The notes below the pieces were generated by a model. That model was not told the origin of the DNA. It saw nothing but the letters and a program-made list of their open reading frames with translations, and searched no databases. Of a DNA stretch of 64,000 bases, positions 35,990-50,739 are shown in pieces. A program made the position numbers and the translations under genes. This DNA is from Octopus sinensis (lineage: Eukaryota), in contig NC_043000.1 of assembly GCF_006345805.1 (NCBI RefSeq), positions 56,978,001 to 57,042,000 on the forward strand. Direction: 5' to 3'. How positions within the stretch are numbered: position 1 is the first letter of the stretch; each line of letters starts with the position of its first letter.

Positions 35990-37660
35990 TAGCATGGGTT
36001 AGACGATTTGACTGAGGTCTGGCAAACCATATGGCTGCACCAGACTCCAATCTGATCTGGCAGAGTTTCTACAGCTGGATGCCCTTCCTAATGCCAACCA
36101 CTCCGAGAGTGTAGTGGGTGCTTTTACGTGCCAGTTAGGTGGTACTGGCAACAGCCATGCTCAAATGGTGCTTTTTACTTGCCACCTGTACAGAAGTCAG
36201 TCCAGCGGCACTGGCAACAACCTCGCTCAAATGTTTTTTTTCATGTGCCACCAGCACAAGTGCTAGTAAGGTGATGCAGGTAATGATCACGCTCGAATGG
36301 TGTTTTTAACATGCCATCTTCACGGAGGCCAGCTTGTTGCTCTGGCAATGATCTCACTCATATGGTACTCTTAGCGTTCCACTTGCAACAGATACCAGTC
36401 ACCGAGTTTGATTTTGATTTCACTTGTCTCAACAGGTCTTCGCAAGCAGAGTTTAGTGTCCAATGATGGAAAGGCACACATAAATGAACTGGCTACACCT
36501 CTCGCATAGGCCACAAGGTTATGGTCTCACTTGCGCTTGCCGAGAAGGTTATGGTCTCACTTGCGCTTACTGAGAAGGCTATGGTCTCACTTGCACTTGC
36601 CGAGTCTTCTCAAGCACAGCATATTTCTAGGGGTCCCAGTCACTAGTCATTGCTTTGGTGAGGCCCAATGTTTGAAGGTCATGCTTCACTACCTCATCCC
36701 AGGTCTTCCTGGGTCTACCTCTTCCACAGGTTCCCTCAACTGCTAGGGTGTGGCACTTTTTCACACACCTATCCACATCCATTCTTGCCACATGACCATA
36801 CCAGTGCAATCGTCTCTCTTGCACACCACATCTGATGCTTCTGAGGTCCAACCTTTCTCTCAAGGCACTAACACTCTGTTGAGTATGTACACTGACATTA
36901 CACATCCATCGGAGCATGCTGGCTTCATTGCTTGCGAGCTTACACATGTCCTCAGCTGTCACGGCCCATGTTTCACTGCCATGTGGCATGGCTGTTCATA
37001 CACATGCTTCATATAGTCTGCCTTTTACTCTGAGCGAGAGGCCCTTTGTCACCAGCAGAGGTAAGAGCTCTCTGAACTTCGCCCAGGCTATTCTTATTCT
37101 AGCAGCTACACTTTCAGCACACCCTCACCTGCTACTGACTTGGTCACATAGGTAACGGAAGCTATCAACTACTTCTAGTTTTCCTCCCTGGAATGTGGTG
37201 GAAGTTGTTCTCTGCACATTTTCAGTGTTATTTATAGCTCCCAAGCATCTGCCACATACAAAAACTATCTTCCCAGTTAGCCTTCCTTTGATATTGCTGC
37301 ACCTCTTATGTGTCCCTAGCTTACACTGGGTACATCTTATAGAGTTTCTACCTATGCCTTCCTACTTATTAGGACTTTGGTTTTAGCTAGGTTGACTCTA
37401 AGGTCCTTCGATTCTAATCCTTGTTTCCATACTTGAAACTTCTCTAGTTCTGATAGTGACTCAGCAATTAGAGCAAGGTCATCAGCATAGAGGAACTCCC
37501 AAGGGCATCCTGTCTTGAATTCCTCCGTTATTGCCTGGAGGACTTTTGATAAATAGGAGTAGGCTGAGGACTGAACCTTGGTGGACCCCCTACCTCTACC
37601 CGGAATTCTTCACTGTACTCGTTGCCAACCCTCACCTTACTGACATGGCTCTCACTAACC
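35990..37660 (-). mobile_element. RTE LINE, 5'-truncated, including its long 3'UTR (family C)
   Basis: EFLYADDL at ~37480. ORF 36627-36989 'HGSETWAVTAEDM.KLA.NEASMLRWMCNV...RLHWYGHVARMD..RCVKKC...GRGRPRKTW'. Continues into the family C sequence. Confidence 0.9.
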
Positions 37661-40083
37661 ATTCATATATATATATATATATATGCACACATATACACAC
37701 ACACACACGTGTGTGTGTGTCTATTTCTCTCTATTAAAATAGTCATACCTTAGATAAAAGATGAATTATTTTACATTCACAAGACTGAATTTTCTAAAAT
37801 ATTTTTTCAGAAACAAAACTAATCTTCAGTTATCCTGATTCACAAAATTAACTACAAATTGTGTTTCAGATTAACAAATTGACAATACTGACTGAACGGA
37901 ATTTTTTCATTTTTACCATATTTACACTGTTGGTAAAAATGCTATTTTAGTGTTATTTTATTTTCCTTCAAATTTAATCGATTTACTTTAGTTCTTTAAT
38001 GGTGTTATATTTATTGTATAATTCTTTCTACTATTGGCACAGGGCCCGAAATTTGGTGGGGAAAGGCATATCGATTTCATCTACTACTGTATTCAACAGG
38101 TACTTATTTTATCGGCCCTGAAAGCATGAAAGGGAAAGTAATTCCTGGCAGAATTTAAGCTAAAAAAAAAAAGTTACTAAGCATTTGTACATTAGTCATT
38201 GTTATGAGATAAGATTGCATGTTTACATGTGGTCGCAAATATTTTAGGTGATTTCTAGTTTGATGCAAAACAGTTTTATGTGTACCGTTTGGATAACGTT
38301 GGTGAACTTCGATACTCAGCTTAACGACAATCTAATGTTTTGAAATTACTGTTGTGGCTTCGAAAGTCTTCTAAAAAATGTTTCTTCTATTTAGTAAGAT
38401 TCATGGTTACGTCCCTTGGATGGGTTTTCTCAAGGAATTTTTGACGGAGAAACTAAGTCAAGTATGAACATAAACAACACTATTTTTGCTCATTTTGATA
38501 TTTTCTTCTTCTTACTATATTACAGCCAAATATATCAACCGGATATATTGTGTGGTCAGCTTTTTTAAAGCTGGCTGCTTTGCTATTAATTTACTTGGAT
38601 ACGAGATAGAAGGAAATAAGACTGGTATAAACAGAGTTATGTACCTTACTCAACTACACACGATAAGCATTCAAAGAAATCTACATGGTTAAACCTGTAA
38701 AGGTGGTTGCGAAATCTCACTCAAATAACATCCTACTGTTTTATAAATGAACTTATTGTATAATGTAGTCTTTGAGTCAATATACTTGAGGAAAGGAAAT
38801 GTGGTCATTTTGACTATACCTCTGCTCAGTCAGTGCTAACCAGAAGTTAAGAAATAACACAGCATAGCTCAATGTCTGTAATAGTAGTTTAGCCCTCAGA
38901 TTCTCATATTGGCAAATATTCACAATAAAATATATTAGTGAAATGTTTTTTCCCTTTTCTATACTTGAAAAGACAAAAAGTTTTCATTTGTCTAATTCTC
39001 TTTTCCTTCACCATGGTATTGAACAAGTTGAAAATCATTTTGATTTTATTAACTATGGCAATTTGTTAACCATTTTATCAATCTTAACAAACCCCTTCCC
39101 TTCTCCTACAGCCCTTTCCCAGTATGAGAAACAGTTCTTTGGTCTTTGTATAGCTTCTTCAAAAACATGTTCTCTTGACATAATGTAATGTAGTGTGATC
39201 ATTACATTATGCAGTAATAAAATCAATGACTCTAATCAGTTGGGATTAGAATTATTAAAGCATTGGATAAAAAGATCTTTATTTTTAGTAATGGTTCTTC
39301 ACATTCTGTGTTCAAATTCAGTCGAGGTCAAACTTACATTTCATTCTCTCAATGAAATCAGTCTAATAGTACACAGGTCAATTTAATACCTGCAGTCAAG
39401 CATTCTAGACATAAATGGAATTGTATAAAAAACCAGACACATTTCTTTTGAAAAAGTTCATGAAAATGGTCCCTGTTAAATATAGAAACTATAAAAAAAA
39501 TCAAGAGCCACCAAATCTTACCAATGTTTATTGATGCTTTGTTTCTCTGAGTGATTATTGTCAATATAGAAGGTCTCAAATACTACATGCAAAAAAAAAT
39601 CTTTAAATTTCACACAATTCCTTAGAATTTTTGTTTGTAAATACTGTTTCCTAACATAATCTTACATTTTCTGCAATAATGCTAACCTATTTCTTTCATT
39701 TACACAAAAACTTCATCTGTGATATCTTCAGTTGCAAGAAAAGTTTCTAGAACATTAGTCTTGTCAAAATAAAAGACATACTTAGAACACACATATGACT
39801 ATGATTACTTATAAGACAATCTTTTTCAGTACAAGTATAAAAATAAACATACAAGGCTCTCAGGATGAGAATGAAAATAACTTTGCACACCACTTAATTT
39901 AAGATCCCTTCCTGATTACAGAAAGATTTAGCAAAGTTCACTTGGTACTTTTCATTGGGTAGTGCTAAAGACTGTCAAAGATTACCTGCAGAAAGAATAT
40001 CTCATCAAATGCCCATCAAAAAAGAGTAAAATGGATTAAACACGTAGGCAACACCCAAAGAGTTTGCTGTCTAACGAGCAGTA

Positions 40084-41285
40084 CAAGGGTCAGCTGAAAA
40101 GTTCATAGGCTAACCAAGATAATTTTATGGAATGTGACCAAATGAAATTTATTTTTCAACATAGTCCCACTTGCAGTCCACACACTTCTTCCATTGGTGA
40201 TGCAGCACTTGGATCACATTGGTGAAGAAGCTTTCGTTCTGTTGGTCAAAAGAGTCATCAAGCAGATATGACATCATCATCATCACGGCAATACTGGTTC
40301 CCAGCCAAGTGTTTTCACATGTTGGGAAACAGATGATAGTCAGATGAGGCCAAATCAGGAGAATAAGGAAGGTGATCAATCACTTCAAAGCCACAGCCAT
40401 TGAAAGCAAGAACTTGTGTGCTACAGCTTTGTCCTGGGGAAACAAGACACCTTTCATCAGTTTTTCTAGGCGTTTGTTCTTGATAGTCTTTCATAACTCC
40501 CTCAGCAAGTTGTAGCCCTTTTGAAGATAGTCAATAAGCACAATGCTTTTTGCATCCCAAAAAACTGAGACCATCACCTTCCCTGCAGATGAAATAACTT
40601 TAGTCTCCTTTGGAGCAGGTGAGGAGGGGTGTTTCCGCTGCATGGATTGTCTATTTGCCTCTGGCTCAAAGTGATGAAGCCACTTAAGAAACGTTCAAGG
40701 AAACCAGCAGGATCTGCCTCAAACCATTTCAGATATTTCCATGATGTGATCAGCCTAGTGTACTTTTGATCAGGTGTCAGAAAACATAGCGCCCACCGAG
40801 CAGAAAGCTTCATCATACCAAGTTCATTGAACAGAATATTCTCAACTCTCTCATGGTATATGCTAATAGCATTGGTTATTTGATTTATAGTCAATCAACG
40901 TTTTCTTCGTTGGTAACAGTTGCAGGACGTCCAGACCTTGGGTCTTCTTCAAGACACTCCGTTTTCCTCCTAAATTCAGCTGCCCACTTTTGCACTGTGG
41001 ATAAAGCTGGAGTGTCATCCTCTAATAGAGCAACCATGAATGTTCTTGGGGGCTAGACCCTTTTTCTGCAGGTACTTAATAACACTACAATTTCAAATTA
41101 TTTCCATTTTCAATGGAAGTTACTACTAGTTACTTTTGAAGTGTTATTTGAACAGTCGAATGTCAGTTTACTTGAACAGAAAGAATAGTTATTAATAAGA
41201 AGTGTTGAACTTCGTGCATGCAAGATTTCACAACTCTAGCATCACTCCTTCAGAGTCAGTCAATGAACTTTTCAGCCCACCTTCA
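40084..41285 (-). mobile_element. Near full-length defective mariner (1.2 kb)
   Basis: TA|CAAGGGTCAGCTGAAAAGTTCA ... TGAACTTTTCAGCCCACCTTCA|TA. Transposase remnants 'ELGMMKLSARW...LTPDQK' and 'LHHQWKKCVDCKWDYVEK*'. Confidence 0.9.
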
Positions 41286-41899
41286 TATCATTCCAAATCC
41301 TGTTCTCCAGTAAGTGCAGTATTTATCTGAACTCATTGACTTCCAGCTAAACTACTCACAGCAATTGATGTAGTAGTTAGATGCTACTTCTAAGCTTTGA
41401 CTTCCTCTTACAACCAAGAAGCTTCTACATGGTCACTCGGGCAGCTTAATCTTCTTCAAAACACCAGCTTAACTAAAGATGATTTCAGCGGCCAATGTAA
41501 GCTCTGACACATAAAAAGATAGGATGGATGGTCAGAGTTGGAACGTTTTTGATTACAAGTCTCCTTGATTAGAGCTAGCCTAATGCTAAACATCAGCAAC
41601 TACAATGCCAAAGCTTTTTCTTTTTTTTAATGAGAATCAACTAAACATATCTCCTTTATCTACTCCATAATCTGAGGATTTAAATAAACATTCCACAAAC
41701 CATCTTCTGCTCACACAAAACCATATATTATTTCCTTTCTGTGACATAAATTTCTCAATCTCAGTCTCTCTTCTCTCCAAAGTATATGCACTATTATTTC
41801 TGAAAGATGTGCGTATATATGGAGTCACTAATTATCTTTCTCATCAAAATGTTTGCAATAAAGACTACTGAAAATCTGTTATCCATATTTCTTAAAATT

Positions 41900-42620
41900 T
41901 GTCTGCTATTTCTGTTACCCTCCAGCTATCAATAATTGTTCAATTATCTCTTGTCTTACATACAAGACATCTACCTCCTACTTCTCTGAAATCATCTTTC
42001 TAGGTGACATCAATGTACACAACTTTACCCAGTTCTCTTATACTGCAAGCATAAAGATCAACTCATTTGTTACCTTTAACTGCCTGAATCAATTAATCTC
42101 CTTACCTGTTTGAACCCCTGACAAATATACTACCTATCCAAACATTTTTGACTTCTTTCCAGCCTCAAAACCCAAACTTTACCTCATCATTGAAACAACC
42201 CCAGTTGTCTTGATGCAAAACAATGTTTATTAATTGTTTTATTTTTATTCATCCTATCAAGTGACACAATTCTATCAAATGATGTTTTCCTACTCCCACA
42301 TCATTTATCTTTTAGCTGATCCCTCTTCATCCAATCATGTGGCACGTTATTGACTCTGGTGATATTTTCTTTACATTGACTCATTTGATGGGTTTATTCA
42401 TTTTCACCGTGCAGCACTTGTTTTTAGTACAGTCTTATTCACAGACAATTGGAATTACAGTTTACCATTTTACATTTCGTTCTGGAATTATTGCAATATT
42501 TTTGTTCATTAATAAAATCATTATCTAAGCACAATATCGTTATTCATTCCTACATTATAACAATCATTACTGTCCCTTCTCCAATATAATCATCTGATTA
42601 TTACTTAATTAAGGATTCTC
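41900..42620 (+). mobile_element. Highly decayed LINE endonuclease (EEP) fragment
   Basis: SEIIFLGDINVHN (GDFN motif) and a downstream 'LNQLIS.P' pattern. Heavily mutated. Confidence 0.45.
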
Positions 42621-42750
42621 AAACCACATCAACCAACCATACAATATCTTCTGTTCATCAGACCTTTAATTTAAATCTGCTAAGAAAATATGGTTCACCT
42701 TTGACCCATCTAAATGAGTCACTAATATTATATACTCTTGTGTATTTTAA

Positions 42751-42966
42751 GGCGGCGAGCTGGTAGAAATATTAGCACGCCGGGCGAAATGTGTAACCGT
42801 ATTTCGTCTGCCGTTACGTTCTGAGTTCAATATCCACCGAGGTCGACTTTGCCTTTCATCCTTTCGGGTCCGATAAATTAATTACCAGTTATGCACTGGG
42901 GTCGATGTAATCGACTTAATCCGTTTGTCTCCTCTGTGTTTAGCCCCTTGTGGGCAGTAAAGAAAT
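42751..42966 (+). mobile_element. tRNA-derived SINE, family A (well-preserved copy)
   Basis: ggcggcgagctggtagaa..ttagcacgccgggcgaaatg...gagttcaa...cc. Copies at ~11790-11990(-), 18000-18150(-), 38030-38160(-), 46675-46870(-), 46950-47150, 47325-47520, 48210-48420, 49861-50085(-), 50300-50480(-), 57344-57548, 58680-58830 and 62290-62480(-). Confidence 0.8.
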
Positions 42967-45900
42967 ATATATACTCATGTGTATGTCTCTTAATATCACC
43001 TCACACAAAACCCTAGTTATACAGGTAAAGAACACTGTCTACAACATCACCTACAATTGTGCGGCATCAGGAAAGCAAAAATACCATTCAAATTACAGTC
43101 AAATTTTTTGGTCTCTTAAATATTTCTTTGAAAACTTTTCAGAATTCTCCTACCTACTTCTGTACCAAAATGGCTCAGAAAGACACTTTATTTTTTTGTC
43201 TGATTTAGCATACTCTGCACACACAACAAACCACTTCCTAATGAGGGAGCCTTATTGTGGTCACTTGACCTGCTAAGGAGAGTAGTCCTCAAATCACACG
43301 CTCTCATCTTAGAAAAAGGACACATTGGTCAGTGTCCTCTTAAATATACAAAAAAGATGGAATGATCATGATCAGATCTGTTCAAGCAAGGCTCATTTAG
43401 AGTTAAACAGCAATAACAACAAGCATTTCACAAACTCAGTTCCTTCTCTCATTCATTTTTTTATTGGATGGTAATGAAACTGAACTTTTGTATATCAACA
43501 CAAGTCTTGTATAAGTTATTGAAATATCAAGTTGAATCTGGGAATAATAAATTTTCTCAAAGAGAATAAGCTTTTAGTGTTACAATTTGCTCTTTTACAG
43601 CTTTCAGTCACTGGAATGTGGCCATGCTGGGTCACCACCTTCAAGAGTTTCAGTTGATTTGATCAACTTCAGTACTTATTTCAGTCAGACACTTATTTTA
43701 TAAATCTTTTATCTATAAAATGATTAAGTTAATTTTTGCCATGAGGAGGTATACTGTTTTATACCATTATATACTAAGATATACAGATACACATGCACAC
43801 ACAAACCCACACACACATACATTCCTCTTGGGGCACAGTTACTTTAGAAGAACTAGCTATTTTGTTGCCCTGAAAACCAAAATGATATCTGGTCTCAGCA
43901 AGGTGTATGTGATGTGCAATAGCTGTTTCTCCAGTTCAGAAGTAAATCTTGTTTTTGCTTTTATATAACCCTCAGAGTAATTGCAAATTTGAGTCACAGA
44001 TGTCATGTGAAAACTTATTATAATAATGCTAAAATCAAAGACAATAGGCTTTGTACATTCATATTTATTCTTTAAAACAATGGGTACAAGTATATTCATG
44101 TAAAGAAGAAGTTCACTTCACAACCCCCTTAGTCCTCAGTTTCATCCCACTGCACAGCATCGTAGGCAAGTGTTTACTTCTATAGTTTTAGATTACCCAA
44201 TACTTTGTGAGAGGAGTTTGATGGACAATAAAGTGCAGAAACCCATCATATATGATTATCTATGTGTGAATATGGAGGGGTGCATATCTATTTAGTGTAT
44301 CTATATACATGTGTGAATGTAAATATATCTTTTACTTATGTCAGTCATTAGACTATGGCCATGCTGGGGCATCACCTTGGAGAAAGAATCAACCCCAGAA
44401 CTTATTTTTTTAAGCCTGGTTCTTATGATAGAATTATCAGTCTCTTTTGCTGAATTGCTAATTTACAGAGACATAAACACACAAACACCAGCTGAGAAGC
44501 AGGGGACAAACACACACACACACATGCAACAGGTTTCTTTCAGATTCCATCTACCAAATCTGCTCATAAGGCTTTGGTAGACCCAAGGCTGTAGTAGAAG
44601 ACATTGGCCCAAGGTGCCAAACAATGAGACCCAGAGCCATGTAGTTGGAATATTTAGTTATGTTAACACCAGTCTCAAAGTTGTGTTTCTTGATGTCCTG
44701 CAATATAGTGGTTCAACAAATAGATATCAATAAAATAAGTACTTGACTGAAATAAGCACTAGGGCTGATATGAATGACTAATCCCTGATTAAGCCCCAAC
44801 ATGACTTGTCCAATGAGTGGGACCAGGAAAATATGAAATAATTACTTCATCTACTCAGCTTAGTGATTTTTAATTACAGATTCTAATTTCATTTAATGTG
44901 ACACTTGGAAAGTATTTAACGATGGACTTATTCTGCAGACAAGAACATATTACTGGCTTCAAGCTTTTGTTTAAGAATAAAACAAGAATGAAAAGTACTT
45001 CTCCATAACCAGTTGAGTTTTTTGAAGCAAAATTAGGTATTATTTTCATGTAGCAAATACAGAGAGAATACACTAACATGTGCACATGCTTGCGCACATA
45101 TGCATGCACTCACACACACACACAACAAAATAATGGTTTCATATAGCGTCCTGAAGGTTTCTAAGGTTCACCACTCAAGCTAACAATGTACCTTACAACA
45201 AGCCTATAAGAAAGTCTCTATGCAATCTCAACCTGCAAGAAATAGCAGTCAAATTTCCCCAAATCATACCCTGCCTTTTTAAAAAGGAAGCACACTGGAC
45301 ATGCATTATCTAATGCGTTTCTACGTAACCCCCAACAAAAAATAGAATAAGACACGATGGTCATGGTGGTTGGAATGCTTAATCAAAGCTGACATAGGAC
45401 TAAAGAATAACAAACATCAGTCAAGTTCAACAAAGGTTTGTGTAACATATCTTGAAATGGTTTTCAGATTCTTGACACTTGTTTATGCCAATGAAAGAAG
45501 CAATTCCTAAAAATTTCAGCTCCCTAACTTATTCTGGTTTTATTTTATTGTTGATAAAAAGATCTGGAAATTGTTTGAAAATTCCAGATTTTTTATTTTT
45601 TTATATTTTTTGAAGTCTTACAAATACAAACACATTTTTGCAAACAACTTGCAGATACAAGTGTTACCAGTTGAAAGCTCTACATACCAGATTGTAGCAA
45701 GCTTATGGGGTCATCAGGAGAGAATGTGTACCATTTCAGGGCCTTCCCCTAGACAGCATTATTGCGCACTGGCTCCCCACACCTCACTGAGATGAGGCCC
45801 CACTTGCTAGATCAACTGGTTATTATGTTTCACTCAGTATTCTTCATGAAAACAGACTAAACTGAAAAATTGCTTGATTTGGCATATTCAACACCTCATG

Positions 45901-47523
45901 AAGTCATCTGTGACATTTGGAATGAGCTAACTACAGAGAAATGTTGAAATGTAACATCTTCACTTAACATAAAATTGATTTGCTTGGCAAACAGGGCTCC
46001 CTATAATGGACAGAAACCTTTAGAATCAGGAAGTGGAAATTTAGGAATGGATAGATTGCTAATCTCGTACTTGTCTGCATTACAAATCAATAATACGAAG
46101 AAGATCATCTAGCACTTACTTGACTTTACATTCAAAGCATATAAATAAAGTCTGTAAGTATACACTGCCTATTATCAAGAACTTATTAGGTGGTTTTAAC
46201 CCTTTAGCATTCAGATAACTTTGTCAAAGGTAATGCCCATCAATTCACATTGTTTTAAATTAATCATGCATTATCGTGTAGCTTAGAGATTTCGATATGA
46301 TTGCTTAGTATAAGAATGATATTGTAGGATAGGTGTGAAAGGCTGGATCTGGTCAGTTTGAACATAAAACAGGAAGAATATTTGAGCTGGATATGGCTGG
46401 TCTAAATGCTAAAGGGTTAAGATTTTAAAAGACATCTAGTGTAGGTTAAAACTGAAAGAAATGGTTATTTTAAAATGTTAAAAACATTGCTAGCATTAGG
46501 ATGATGGGTTGGTAGAATCATTAGAGTATAAGACAAAATGTTTTGTAGTATATGTTCCAGCTTAATATGATCTGGGGAGTTCACATCCCACTAAGATCAA
46601 CTTTGTATTTTGTCGTAGGGTTGACAGAGTACTAGGGAATGATATAATCGACTTCCCTTTCTATAAATTTCGTATTTCTTTATTGCCCACAAGGGGCTAA
46701 ACATAGAGGGGACAGACAAAGGGATTAAGTTGACCCCAGTGCGTAACTGGTACTTAATTTATCGACCCCGAAAGGATGAAAGGCAAAGTCAACCTCGGCG
46801 GAATTTGAACTCAGAACGTAGCGGCAGACGAAATACTGCTGAACATTTCACCCAGTGTGCTACATTTCTGCCAGCTCACTGCCCTTTCTATAAATTTCTG
46901 TGCTTGTACCTATATTAGAAACAATTATAATTATTAGCATTCCGCTGAGTAAGGCAGCAAGTTGGCAGAATCATCAACATGCTGGGCAAAATGCTTAGTA
47001 GCATTTTATCTGACTTTAAGTCCTGAGTTCAAATTCTGCCAAGGTTGAATTTACCTTTCTTCCTTTCGAGGGTGATAAAATAAGCACTTGTTGAGCACTA
47101 GAATTGATGTAATCAACTTACCTACTTCCTCTGAAAGTGTTGGCCTTGTACCAAAAATTTGAAACCATTATCATTCTACTGAGATTGACATTATTTTTTA
47201 TCTATTTGGAGTCAATAAAATAAGTATCAATCAAGCACTGGGGTCAATGCAATTGACTAGTCCCTTCCCTGCAAAATCTCATGTCTTGTGCCTATAGTAG
47301 AATGAGTTATTATTAGGTGGGGAGCTGACAGAATCGTTAACACACGGGGCAAAATACTTAGTGGCATTCTGTGTCTTCACTCTCAGTTCAGATTCTGCCA
47401 AGGTTAACTTTGCCTTTCATCTGTTTAGAGTTGATAAATTAAGTACCAGCTGAACACTGGAGTCGATGTGATTGACTATCCCCCTCCTCTCAAATTTTAG
47501 GCCTTGAGTCTATAGTAGAAAGG

Positions 47524-47567
<44 letters not shown>

Positions 47568-47574
47568 TATTATT

Positions 47575-48040
47575 ATTGAGTGAGAGAGCAGTGCATGCCA
47601 ACAAAGTGACACTGGGGTAAAATATACGAAGCCCAGTAAACCCATCATGACTACCCGTCTGATAAGGGTAGACTAGGCACATGCATCACAACCATATGTG
47701 CACGACATGGTGATCTCATATCAAGATAAACAGCACATGACCTTGCAGGTGGGGCCCAGTTAGAATTATCTTCAGGTTGAGCAGCCCATCCTGCTCAAAA
47801 GGTCCCTGAATAAGGGTTGTTTAAGGATGTTGAAAGAAACACCCATGTTTCCAGAGGTGAATTATTCAAACCCCAAAGAATCCCTTTCTACACGTGACTA
47901 TGATGCTCCCCCACTACTTCTGCTTGTGATCAGAGATGCACATATCGTCAGCCACTAAGGGACATGCTCAACTGGTTACGGTCAAACAACTGACAAGCAA
48001 GTCTGTGGTATGGAGCAGAATATTTGCTGTAGCCCATCTT
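47575..48040. repeat. Interspersed-repeat-like ~460-bp segment flanked by (TAT)n tracts
   Basis: A GC-balanced non-coding block embedded between ATT microsatellites. It resembles an abundant octopus repeat from memory; only one copy is in this window. Confidence 0.4.
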
Positions 48041-48835
48041 TTTATTATTATTATTATTATTATTATCATCATTATTATATTATTATCATTATTATAAAAT
48101 AAGTACCAGTTTGAGCACTGGGGGTCAACATCGTTGACTAGCTCCCTATCCCCAAATTCCAGGCCTTGCACCTATAGTAGAAATAATTATTACATTATGT
48201 GCTAAAGCAACAAGCTGGCAGAATTGTTAACATGCTGAACAAAATGCTTTGTAACATTTCTTCTAGCTTTCCGTTCTGAATTCAAATGCTGCCAAATTCG
48301 ACTTTGTCTTTCATCCTTTCAGGGTCAATAAAATAAGTACCAGTTGAACACTGGTGTTAATGTAATGACCTAACCCACTCCCCTTTAAAACTGCTGGCCT
48401 TATGCCAAAATATGAAACCATTATTTATTTTTGTTCACATCCACAGTGAAAATGTTGAAAATGCTATTTCTTTCAATAATGTTTCTGACAGAAAGTGATT
48501 CTCTTAGAATATAAGCAGTTCTATTTTGGTAAAATGTATTTGTATGGTAGAGTGGGAGATTTTTTGGAACTGAGCCAAGTGTTCAGATTATTATTGGAAC
48601 TACGGTTATCTATCTTCTCACTTTTAAGTTCCAAATATTTGATCAGTTTTTACAAATTCTTTATGAAGAATATTTGCGTATATATGCATGTGAGTGCATA
48701 AACACATAGTCTTCTGTTTGTATGTGTGTTAATGTGTGTACAAATACGTGTATGTGTATGTATATGTACGTATGTATGCTTGTATGTATTTGTGCATATA
48801 TACACACACACATCTCTACTACGGTTCATTGACAG

Positions 48836-48869
<34 letters not shown>

Positions 48870-50739
48870 ATCATCATCATCATCATCATCGTTTAACGTC
48901 TGCTTTCCATGCTAGCATGGGTTGGACAATTTGACTGAGGTCTGGCGAACCAGATGGCTGAGTTTCTACAGCTGGACGCCCTTCCTAGCGCCAACCACTC
49001 CAAGAGTGTAGTGGGTGCATTTATGTGCCACCAGCACGAGGGCCAGTCAGCTGAAACTGTCAACAGCCACGCTCAAATGGTGCTTTTTATGTGCCACCTG
49101 CACAGAAGCCAGTCTGGTGGCACTGGCAACGACCTCACTCGAATGTTTTTTTTTCACGTGCCAGTAAGGCAATGCAGGTAACGATCATGCTCGAATGGTG
49201 CTTTTTATGTGTCACTGGCTCAGAGGGCAGCTTGTTGCTCTGGCAACGATCAAGCTAGTATGGTACGCTTAGCGCTCCACTAGCACGGATGCCAGTCATT
49301 GAATTTGATTTTGATTTCGATTTCAATTTCGATTTCGATACATATATATATATACTTATATAGCACAAGCAAATGTCATCATCGTTAGCATCAGTATTGT
49401 TTTAAAATCCATACTTTCATGCTTGAATGGATCAAACAAAATTTAGTGAGGCAGATTTTCTACAGCTAGATACCCTTATCATTAACCCTCACCTGTTTCT
49501 ATGATATGTTTTTACAGAATATTGGACATGAGTGACACTGCTTGTATGGCAGGGACGCTCATTTACAACAATGTTGAGACAGGGAAACACAAGCACACAC
49601 ACTTACATACACATATGATGGGCTTCTTTCAGTTTCCAACTACCAAATCCACTCCTAAGCTTTTGGTCAGCTTGAGGCCATAGTAGGGACAAAAGTGCCA
49701 CATACTAGGACTGAACCCAAAAGCATATGGTCAGGAAGCAACCTTCTTAACCACACAACCATGCCTGCATGCACACACACACGTGCACACACACACACGT
49801 GCACACACACACACGTGCACACACACACACGTGCACACACACACACACACACACAATACTTATTTCTTTATTGCCCACAAGGGGCTAAACATAGAGGAGA
49901 CAAACAAGGACAAACAAACGGATTAAATCGATTATATCGACTCCAGTGTGTAACTGGTACTTATTTAATTGACTCCAAAAGGATGAAAGGCAAAGTCGAC
50001 CTCAGCAGAATTTGAACTCAGAACGTAGCGGCAGACGAAATACCGCTAAGCATTTCGCCCGGCATGCTAACGTTTCTGCCAGCTCAATACTTGTTTTGTA
50101 TATGTACAACCTTCTTCTTGCTATTTTCAGAAGCAAACTAACCAACTAATTTCTACCCAAACTGATCACAATTACTTCCTTATCACCAACTTCAAAAAAA
50201 AACAAAAAAACATTATTACGATGGTTTCATGCATTATGCAATTGGGATTAAATACAATCGTGTATAACTAACTTTGTAATAATTTCAAATTTTGCCCAAG
50301 GCCAACAATTTCAGGGGAGGGAGTAAGTCGATTACATCAACCTCAGTGCTTGACTAGTACATATTTTATCAACCCCAAAAGGATAAAAGGCAATGTTGAC
50401 CTTGGCAGCATTTGAACTCAGAACATAAATGCTGCCAGGCATTTTGCTTGGCATGCTAATGACTCTGCCAGCTTGCTGCCTTGTATAACTAACATGATAA
50501 TAAAATTCTATGTACAGTTGTTAAGCCTATAACACTGTTTGATCATTCTTGTTGAAGAATGAGTCAGAAGATTAAAAATTGTGTAATTGAGGTTGGATGC
50601 TCTAGAACTTCTCTAGAACTTTTCTCATGACACATGCATTTATTTTTCAGATTTCAAATATTTTTTTTACTGCTTTATTGATGTCAATTTTTTTTATCGT
50701 AATTTTATAATGCACAAGACTCTTAACAATTTCAAAGAG

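Noticed and set aside
38900-41640. Protein-like fragments flanking the mariner (e.g. HVFEEAIQRPKNCFSYW; ELTLAAEIIFS)
   Set aside because: Interrupted by many stops and with no motif I can assign. Possibly an old transposase, but not supportable.
43857-44099. 80-aa minus-strand ORF (…EGYIKAKTRFTSELEKQLLH…)
   Set aside because: No homology recognised, no consistent splice sites and no neighbouring exons.
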